The position numbers and the translations under genes are program-made. Under the pieces are notes generated by a model. The model had not been told where the DNA came from and ran no database searches. It saw only the letters and a list, made by a program, of their open reading frames with translations. Source: Diplonema japonicum (taxonomy: Eukaryota > Protista > Euglenozoa: Diplonemea). Taken from it: a stretch of DNA of 64,000 bases. Positions 55,594 to 64,000 of the stretch are shown piece after piece; position 1 is the stretch's first letter; every line of letters begins with the position of its first letter. The stretch spans positions 186,001 through 250,000 of the forward strand of contig OZ025723.1 in the NCBI GenBank assembly GCA_964019335.1, written 5' to 3'.

Positions 55594-58224
55594 ATGATCC
55601 CTATAAAGAGAGGATTTGAAGCCAGGGAAGGCCACACCACAGTGAAAGCCGGCGACAACATAGTGGTGTACGGGGGAAGGGTGGGGGAGCGCCGGGTGAG
55701 TAACGACGTGTTCTGCCTGGACAAGACCACGATGGAGTGGAAGGAGGTGAGATGCGACGGGTACACCCCTCTGGGAAGGTGCTACCACAGCAGCGATGTG
55801 TGGGGAGGGAGGATGCTAATCTTCGGCGGCCTGACCGACATAGGGTGGGGCGACGCGCACTTCAACAACTACAACGTTTTTGTGTCAAGCGGCATGCTGG
55901 ATGCATCTGACAAACATAAACGGGGCGAGGAACGTCTGCGAAGCGGGCTTCCCGACACCATCCAACCCATTCAGGAGAAATACTGCTACCACGTCCTCGA
56001 CATGCTATCCCGCCCAACATGGTCTACCCCAAGCGTTGTCGGCGAGCTTCCCTTCCCACGATCACATCATTCATCTGCAGTTCACAACGGGCAGCTGCTT
56101 ATATACGGGGGCTACTCCACCTATTCTTACCCACGCCTTGCCGACGAACGACAGAAGTCGCTCTACAATGTTTACTCGCTCAATCTCGAGACGAACACTT
56201 GGACACGTGTGGAATGCCTTGGAACCATCCCGCCTTTGCTTTGGGGGCAAGCTTCTGTTTTCATTGACAACATCATGCTGACCCTTGGTGGTGTCGACGG
56301 GCAGCGTGGCGGTGAGGAAGGATACGTCTGCGCGTGGAGCACCGACAAGCAGGAATGGAGATGGATGGTGCACAACCACGAAACAGCAATGGGCCCCAGA
56401 GCGATGCACAGCGCAGTGCTGCATCAAGGCAGGGTCGTCCTTTTTGGAGGGAGCTCAGATATTTCCAGCAAGCACTACAACATCGTCCACGTTTTCGATC
56501 TTGAAAAAGGTTCGTGGATCGCCCCGTTGTGCACAGGAGAAACCCCGACCCCACGACGGAACCACACCGCCACAGTCTCCGACGGTAAAATGCTGGTCAT
56601 CGGTGGTGTGGACGAGGCAGGTGACAGGTCCAACAGAGTATTCAGTCTCGATCTCTACACATGGCACTGGTCTGTATTGACAACCCCTTTCAACGAGACC
56701 CCTTTGGGCACCATCGGGGAACAAGCTCACGCCAAAAAAAAGCTAATGGCCATCCACGCCAAGCGACGAAAAGAACAACAGGGCATTCAAAGCAACGGGA
56801 AACACCGCACCACACACATCCTGACATCGACTCCTGCGGAAGACACCCCAACCGAGTGGGGCATTGTTCTTGCAGAGTCACCGTGCGTGGTGAAAAGCGT
56901 TAAGGAAGGCACGCCTGCCGAGGGTGTGCTGTCAGAAGGGATGGCGATTGTAAAGGTGAACAACAAGACTGTTACAGCTACCGATGAGATCCTGCAGATA
57001 TTAAGCACGGAGAAGGAGCGGGTTGTTATAATTGTGGAGCAGGATGCGGAGGACGTTCCACCATCGCCGCCTTCTTCTGCAGGGGACGAACCCCCGGAAG
57101 ATCTCCCCGATGAGATCGAAGAACCATCCTTTGAAAAAAATAAGTTCGGACCGCCCAACCCGAGTTTGTACACACAGACTCCTGCGGTACCTGTTTTGTC
57201 CCGAACTGCTGCGTTGCTGGCGGGCAGTGATAATAATGACAACGTTTCGCCTTTGAAGCGCACGGCGCAGCACACCCAACAGTTTGGGTACAACGTTTTC
57301 ACCGCGAGTGCAGGGGGTGGGCAACCAGTGCCGTTGGATTCTCGAGCTGAACCGCCAAGAACATACATGGGGAAGTACGGTTATGTAGACACACTGGCAC
57401 CCGTTGCAGGCGGGACCGAGGGGCGGATACCCTCACCTGTGCCACTAACACCACCACCAGACCCCTACGCAAGCACGAGGGTCGACAGAAAACATGTCAC
57501 GTTTGCAGCTCAGGAACCAGTCAGGGAACGGTCGTTGCCACCGCCGGCAGTGAGGGTACAGGACACAGTAAGGGCGTGGGACCTGTTCCCCTCTGAGCCT
57601 GTGAGATCAACGACGAACACAAAACGGTCACGGTACATGTCGCCTTCTATCGTAAAGCTCGGGCTTGTCAACCAGCTAGGCATCAACAAACCACAAGCCC
57701 TTCAAGGACGGTTCAACGGAAGCACTGCAGCAGCGCATCCGTATGGTAGGTCAATTGCGAAAGACCAGTATGGGTTGGGTTCAAATGCACCCCCCATGGA
57801 CGTCGAAGAAGCTTGGCGGTACGAGGGCCCGAGGAATTTTGTGACAACGACAAACACTGCCATCCCCACGGGGCTGGGGCCCATATCCTCTGCTGCGTTC
57901 CTCACTGGTCTGCATCAGAATGGGGTGCCGGATCCCCTTGAGGATTACAAAGCGAGGATGGACCCGCAGAGCCAGCTGGAGATGGTTCCACCTGACATCC
58001 GTAACGCAGCTGCACTTGCCTATAAAGACCAATGGCGTGACTGGACATGGGAAGACCGCCTCTATGCTGTAAGACGCTATGCTGAAGCGCAGGTTCCGCG
58101 CAACCCCCTTGCCTACGAGACAGGCGACGCAGAGGAAGACGTCGGCCTCCCTGTCCTGCCGCCACCCACTTCTGGTGCAGAGGGATGGAACAACACACCT
58201 CCTCATGTTGCGCCGCTTTTATAG
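55594..58224 (+). CDS. Kelch-repeat protein with PDZ-like domain and long Pro-rich tail
   Basis: Six kelch repeats (REGHT..VVYGG, RCYHS..LIFGG, RSHHS..IYGG and others). WGIVL..VVKSVKEGTPAEGVLSEGMAIVKVNN is PDZ-like. Confidence 0.85.
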   Translation: MIPIKRGFEAREGHTTVKAGDNIVVYGGRVGERRVSNDVFCLDKTTMEWKEVRCDGYTPLGRCYHSSDVWGGRMLIFGGLTDIGWGDAHFNNYNVFVSSGMLDASDKHKRGEERLRSGLPDTIQPIQEKYCYHVLDMLSRPTWSTPSVVGELPFPRSHHSSAVHNGQLLIYGGYSTYSYPRLADERQKSLYNVYSLNLETNTWTRVECLGTIPPLLWGQASVFIDNIMLTLGGVDGQRGGEEGYVCAWSTDKQEWRWMVHNHETAMGPRAMHSAVLHQGRVVLFGGSSDISSKHYNIVHVFDLEKGSWIAPLCTGETPTPRRNHTATVSDGKMLVIGGVDEAGDRSNRVFSLDLYTWHWSVLTTPFNETPLGTIGEQAHAKKKLMAIHAKRRKEQQGIQSNGKHRTTHILTSTPAEDTPTEWGIVLAESPCVVKSVKEGTPAEGVLSEGMAIVKVNNKTVTATDEILQILSTEKERVVIIVEQDAEDVPPSPPSSAGDEPPEDLPDEIEEPSFEKNKFGPPNPSLYTQTPAVPVLSRTAALLAGSDNNDNVSPLKRTAQHTQQFGYNVFTASAGGGQPVPLDSRAEPPRTYMGKYGYVDTLAPVAGGTEGRIPSPVPLTPPPDPYASTRVDRKHVTFAAQEPVRERSLPPPAVRVQDTVRAWDLFPSEPVRSTTNTKRSRYMSPSIVKLGLVNQLGINKPQALQGRFNGSTAAAHPYGRSIAKDQYGLGSNAPPMDVEEAWRYEGPRNFVTTTNTAIPTGLGPISSAAFLTGLHQNGVPDPLEDYKARMDPQSQLEMVPPDIRNAAALAYKDQWRDWTWEDRLYAVRRYAEAQVPRNPLAYETGDAEEDVGLPVLPPPTSGAEGWNNTPPHVAPLL

Positions 58225-58336
58225 AATGTATTTTAGACCTTTTTTTTCTCCCCCCCTTTAAATGTTTCTTCCAGCAGAAAATAACACAAAACTATTAAGG
58301 AGGGGGAAAGGGAAAAAAAAAAAAGAAAAAAAGAAA

Positions 58337-59892
58337 ATGCCACAGCCAGTTGCGTCAGGATACAATGGCCCGATGAGCATGCCGCAGGCCGAGAAAAAGT
58401 TTGAAGATCTGAAGCCGTGGGGGTTGAGTCCCGGGTTAGAGAAGAAGATGAAGGGGACCACCGTGTACGGGGTGCTGATCGTCGATAAGATCAGCACGAA
58501 GTGGAAGAGACAGAAGAGGATGTTGATGGTTACCAGCGGTCTGCTGTTAGTGTGCAACACCGACGGGAACGTGAGGCGGGTGCTGGACCTCACAGAACTG
58601 CAGGATATCATCGTGCAGCCGGACGCACAAGACACCTTCCTGCTGTTCAAACTTGGGATCACAGACGAGAACGAACCCGACCTCTTGGTCACAGCGCTCA
58701 TAGACAGTAAGAACAGGAGCTCGCACGACCCCCTCTCGTTCGCATCAGTTGTAAATGTCATTGCAAAGCAAAGAAACCCGAACCTCAGCATTGTGAAGCA
58801 GCTTTCCAAAACCGGACCGCACATCAGGAGCCTCACGAGGCTGGGGCACAACACGGTCAGCGCGAGGGACAAGATTAAACGGTGCACAGCAAAAGACACG
58901 ATCCGCACCCCGATGTCAGTCCCAACATTGGCACCGCTGTCTCCTGCTGCCTCGGCTTCCTCATACAAAACTGCACCGTCTGATTTCACCAGCGTTATGT
59001 CGGCAGCGAAGCCTGTTGAGGATGCACAGGTGGAGTTTGAAAGCGACGCCGATGTCATCCTCGCGTCACGGATGCGCGCCAACAGCGCTGCGGGGCAAAA
59101 ACCGGAGGATGCTTCAGAGTTTGTCAAGAAGCTCCGTCCACGTGCTGTGTCGTTCACAACACCGACACCCGCGACACTTCTCTCCGCGGAGCCAGCTCCA
59201 AGCATCAATGCCACTGCGCACAAAATGCCGCCCGTGAAGTCGCTTCCCGAAGACGATGAGGGTGGTTGCGGTTGGACGGAGCACCGCGACCCCGTGTCAC
59301 AGCTAACGTATTACCACAATGATAAGGAGGGGCGGTCGACATGGCATGAGCCTGAGGAGCTCTCTGAGTGGAAGAGACAGAAGGGTTTCCTCACCACGAC
59401 CACCTCCACCGCCATCACCGCCGCCCCGCTTGCCTTGAGGACCACCACGCTCACGGAGGATTCTATTGTGGGTTCGGACACTAGTGAGGAGGCATCCTCG
59501 GATTCCTCTTCAGACTGTGGGTCTTCGTTTGCCGACTTTACGGCTCAGAGGAGGCCTCCTGGGGGTGTTGCGAGCATCCAGCAGCTGACCACGCTCATGG
59601 ATGGGCCCGCCGTCAGGGTCACCACCAGAGCGCCCATTCAGCAGCCAGCTTTCGCCACCCACCTCATAGAATCCCCCGAACGTGAAGAGCAGCTGCCCAC
59701 CCGCGGGCTTGTTGGTACAAGGTTTGATAGTGGGAAGGGTTTTTTTTTTTTTTTTTTTCTTTTTTTCTTTTTTTTTTGTTTTTAACAACACACCAGACCT
59801 CTTTCCAAGCAAAGCATGTCCGTTCCTTTAGCTACTCGGTCGGTTAGGGTATGTTTTTTTTTTTTTTTTTGTTTGTTTCTTAGGCATCCTAA
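58337..59892 (+). CDS. Protein with N-terminal PH-like region and a WW domain; 3' exon structure tentative
   Basis: WTEHRDPVSQLTYYHNDKEGRSTWHEP is a WW domain. Tentative introns 59722-59796 and 59849-59883 give a stop at 59890-59892. Confidence 0.65.
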
Positions 59893-60691
59893 CACAGCAG
59901 GATTTCGCTCCCGATTTTGAAAGAATTGGTCTTGAATTGTAAAGATTCCCCCCCCCCCCCCCCCCCCGTTCCCGTTTTTTTTTCTCTCGATGTTGATATG
60001 TAGCGGTGGAGGGATTCCCCCCCACTCTCCTACTATTCTGAAAACTGACTGGTTTGTTTTAGGGAGGCCAGCTTTTAAGTTTTCGTACCGAGACTGTATT
60101 TAGAATTTACTCTCATCTCCGCTTGTTTCTCTTCTCCTCCCTCTTTTATATTTTTTTATTGTATATTTTTTTTTTGTATTTTTCGTGGAAACACATTGTT
60201 TGGTCTTACAAGAGGGAGGGGAGGGGAGCAGACAGCAACACGTTAGTTGCCTCCCTCCCCCTTTTTTGTGAAGAAGAACGAACAGAAGAAAAATAAAATG
60301 TTGTCAAAAATTAAAAAAAAACACCCCCCCCTCCCAACCCTCCTCTTATTTCTCTTTTTTCTTGATGGATTGTTTTTAAATCACCATCATGATATTTCTT
60401 TTTTTTTCTTTTTATTTTTGAACGAAAATATTGAGTAGAAAATTGCCAGTTTTTAAAGAAAAAAGGCAAAAGAAATTTCAAAAAAAAAAAGAAGAAAAAA
60501 TGTAAAAATTAAAAAAAGGGGAAAAGAAAAGAAAAAAAAACTAATTTCTCCTTTGTTTCCCCTCCCCTCCTTTTTTTTTTCTTTTCTTATTCTTTTTTTT
60601 TTTTCTTATTCTTTTTTTTTTTTTTTGTGACTTAGATTGTTCCTTTTCCTTATTATAAATTCCTTTTTTTATTCTTTCTTCCAACTCGTAC

Positions 60692-60733
<42 letters not shown>

Positions 60734-60745
60734 AAGGGGCGGGGT

Positions 60746-61759
60746 ATGGTAGACTTCTGGCGAGATGGGAACATACCTAAAGAGCAGATACGAGGGAGCG
60801 CAGCAGGAAAACCTGTAGTTAGCGTCAACGACTACCCATTAAGGGACAGGGACCCATACAGGGGAGAAGGAGTGGGTTTCCGAGCCGCCACCAGCGGCCT
60901 TGTTCTATGCATCCTGATAGCAATCTGCGGCGCCATCATGTTAATCTTGTACCTAAACAATTCACGTTATGACGACGGGAACTGTGATGCAACATGTGTG
61001 CCTGTGATTTGCTCGGATCCAGGTGGATATTGCATGGAGTGCCCCACAACAGGGTGTTGCGCAGAACAAGTGTTGCGAACGAACGCCAGGGACGTAACCT
61101 ACGTCAAAACCTGCACCGAGAAGTCCAAAGCATACCTCTTCGTTGGAGTCCTCTTCCTCGCTGTCTCGGGAATCGCGTTGATCTCCGGTTGTTGCTGGCT
61201 CTTCATCATCACCGAAGGATTCCGCCACTACCCAGCATCTCGTACCCACCTTTCTAAAACCGTAGTTGATACGACCGATGAAGCATACCCTGTTGAAACA
61301 GGCCTGACGTTTTCTCCAAAGCAAGCTGTTTCAGTAAGAAGCTACCGTTCAAGTTCACCGGTAGGGGTTGCACCGTTGAAATGTCCGCCTGTGAAAATGG
61401 TAGCTCCGGCGAAGGTGGTGGTGGGGGCTTCGCCCCCACCACCACCCCGCGAACCTTCCATGCCGTCTACAGGCAGCCCGCTTCCTCAGCGAATGCCTCA
61501 GAATGCAACGATTCTAACCCCCATGCCGCGAGCTAGCATTTTGACGCCTTCAACACCCCAGACACCGCAGACCCCCGTTTCCCCCACAGCAACCACGCGA
61601 AAGCGGCGGAAAACTAAAAAAATTGACACCCCACAGACGGTTAACTCCGAAAGACATGTGTCCCTTCCGCCTTCACAGTCACCTCAGCACACGGTTGACC
61701 CAGACCTACCGATATCGGTAGTCGGGGAAGGGCCGATAGAACTCATTACTGTGGGCTGA
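60746..61759 (+). CDS. Two-TM membrane protein with Cys-rich loop and Pro/Ser/Thr-rich tail
   Basis: TM helices GLVLCILIAICGAIMLILYL and LFVGVLFLAVSGIALISGCCWLFII flank an 8-Cys loop. Confidence 0.7.
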   Translation: MVDFWRDGNIPKEQIRGSAAGKPVVSVNDYPLRDRDPYRGEGVGFRAATSGLVLCILIAICGAIMLILYLNNSRYDDGNCDATCVPVICSDPGGYCMECPTTGCCAEQVLRTNARDVTYVKTCTEKSKAYLFVGVLFLAVSGIALISGCCWLFIITEGFRHYPASRTHLSKTVVDTTDEAYPVETGLTFSPKQAVSVRSYRSSSPVGVAPLKCPPVKMVAPAKVVVGASPPPPPREPSMPSTGSPLPQRMPQNATILTPMPRASILTPSTPQTPQTPVSPTATTRKRRKTKKIDTPQTVNSERHVSLPPSQSPQHTVDPDLPISVVGEGPIELITVG

Positions 61760-61930
61760 ATATAGAAGAAAAAAAAAATATAGAGTTTTTTTTAATATTG
61801 TGTTACCCAAACCGGAAAAAAGTGGGGGGGAATATTATTTTTAAAAAGGGTCAGTGGGAGGGGGGGACTGACGTGTTTTTTTTTTTTTTCAAAAAAAAAA
61901 AAAAAAACTAAAAATAAAAATAAAATAAAA

Positions 61931-62270
61931 ATGGCGGGTATTAAAGGGAGCGGGGGGTGCGAGATACGACAGTGCCACACAGTACGTGAGATTGGGAAGG
62001 GGATGTTCGGGTCGGTGTCTCTGGGTATGGGGAAAACCCTTTTTTAAATAACTTACACAGCGTTACGTCCCGATGGCCGGTTTATGGCGGTAAAACGAGT
62101 AGAGGTAGAAAAAGATGAAGGGGCGGGGAACGCGGTGAAGGACTTTGTGAAGGAGGTCGGCGTCATGAACATGTGCAAACACAAGAACATTGTAGGCTAC
62201 CTGGGAAGCAGTTATGAAGAAACAGAGACAGAATTTGTTTTGATGATTTTCCAGGAATACGTAACCGGTA

Positions 62271-62327
<57 letters not shown>

Positions 62328-62511
62328 CTCTCCACTCTTTCAAACAGGCGGTTCCGCCTCGACTCTGTGTAGAGCTCTGCAGCAACAACGAAGGAATACA
62401 GAAGATGATAGTTTTAGTGAAGACGTGAATGGGATTCCATACGCGCCTTTGCAGGTATTCTCCAGACACATCACTGATGGGCTGGGTTACTTGCATAGTA
62501 AGAATATCGGT

Positions 62512-62551
<40 letters not shown>

Positions 62552-63081
62552 ACACACACCCGCAGCCCACCGTGACCTAAAGGGTGACAACGTGCTGATA
62601 TCTCACGATACGGGTATCGCCAAACTCGCTGATTTTGGGGCTGCCCACTCATTGCAAAACACAATGGCCGGAGGTGGGAACAAAGGGGGCTATGCTGCTA
62701 CCTTTGTTGGTACCCCTTACTGGATGGCACCGGAGGTCATAGCTTCAGATGGCGGATATGACGCTCAAAAAGCTGATATCTGGTCGCTGGGTTGCACTGT
62801 CGCAGAAATGTGGACGGGAAGCTCTCCTTGGAAGCCTCAAAAACAACTTATGACCACCGTCTACGCCATTGCACAGTCGAAGGGCTGGCCTGACAATATC
62901 CCTCAAGAAAAATGCCCCGAAAATGTATGGAGGAAATATAAAAAAAATTTTTTTTTTCTTTATAATAATAATGCAGCTCAAAAACTTCTTGAATAAATGT
63001 TTCACAAGAGACCCTACAAAACGGGCCACTGCCGTACAACTACTCAACACTGCTTTCTTGAAGGGTGGTGTCAGGGATTAA
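61931..63081 (+). CDS. STE-group (MAP3K-like) Ser/Thr kinase (5 exons)
   Basis: IGKGMFGSV, MAVK, EYVTGGS, HRDLKGDN, DFG and GTPYWMAPE, assembled through introns 62025-62060, 62268-62347, 62510-62565 and 62925-62976. Confidence 0.9.
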
Positions 63082-63530
63082 AAAAAATGGAGAAGGGCGT
63101 GGGGGGGGGGGGGGGGGGGGGAGAGGATAATGAAGTGTAAGGACTGTGGGGAAGGGGGGAATGGAAGAAGTCTTTTTCTTTCCCTATAGTGTAAGTATGG
63201 CTATCTTTTTTTGTTTTTTTTTTGGTCCCCTCCCCCCTGTTTTTCCTGAGGAAATGATCTTTCTTTGTTAAGGCGTATACTGTCTCTTCTTTTTTTTTTC
63301 TTCTTTTTTTTTTTGCCTAGATCCTCCTTTCCCCTTTTTTTTTTATTTTCCTTTTACTTTTGATGTGCATAAGCGAAAAAAAAAAAAAAAAAAAACCCTT
63401 TTTAATTTTTCCCCGTTGCCCACCCACCCACATTCTTGAGTTTTCTGTTTTTCCCCCCTCCCCCTTCTTGCAAACTTTTTTTTTTCTCTTGTCTCTCCCC
63501 CGGTATTTTCTATACCTGATGCAAGTACTC

Positions 63531-63568
<38 letters not shown>

Positions 63569-64000
63569 GGAGGGAGGGGAAGGCCCGGGGTGAACGAAGC
63601 AAGTGTTTCGTAGGAAGAAAAAAAAGGGGGGGGGAGAGGGGTTTTTTCTTTTCTTTTATAAGCTCCTTTTCTTCTCCTTCATCCCCCCCCCCCCCCCCCC
63701 CCTTTCTTCTCACCCTTGTGGACGTGGAAACAGCGGGGTGCCCGAAACGTAACCAAAACACGTCACCCTTCTTCACCGGAAGGGCCTAGTCTCCCCCCCC
63801 AAAAAAAAAAAAGAGGGCTAAAAAAAAAAACGCAGCCCTGCCAATTATTTCTTTCTTTTTACTCCTATGGAAAAAAAAAAAAAAAAAAAAAAGATGCATC
63901 CCCCCAACTTTTTTTTTCTATTTTTCTTTTTATCTCGAGCCACACCAACACTTTTTTTTCTATTCCTCCGTAGTCCCCCCCCCCCAACTTTTTTTTAAAC

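Noticed and set aside
58258-59223. 321-aa minus-strand ORF and similar antisense ORFs (25125-25856, 40609-41409, 37274-37978)
   Set aside because: Shadows of + strand genes with no independent coding signal.

Overview
Eukaryotic genomic DNA, probably from a protist. A euglenozoan (diplonemid-like) origin is my inference, based on the single-strand gene cluster, an MLR-type presequence and the gene content; I cannot prove it from this window. About 25 protein-coding genes all lie on the + strand, separated by homopolymer-rich spacers (long A, T, G and C runs). Recognisable genes: TFIIA large subunit-like, a TBC RabGAP, DCAF8-like WD40, two STE-type kinases, PPWD1, TM9SF, an S10 carboxypeptidase, CWC22, RPC1, CNOT10, a class IV aminotransferase, a beta-lactamase-family hydrolase, MCM2 and a kelch protein. 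I reconstructed 28 GT-AG introns by hand, plus 2 tentative ones. Most are 35-80 nt, and many have a poly(A) tract instead of a polypyrimidine tract. Main non-routine signals: (1) two separate tandem arrays of a ~90-nt unit whose constant parts fold into a hairpin followed by AGA, with variation concentrated in the loop and linker; one array supplies the RPC1 stop codon; (2) four 5'-truncated copies of an apparent retroelement, each sitting in a poly(T) tract; (3) a secreted beta-propeller family with alternating framework and hypervariable blocks and a near-identical C-terminal domain, plus relics; (4) a MITE and two intronic insertions. All coordinates were counted by hand and no database search was run.
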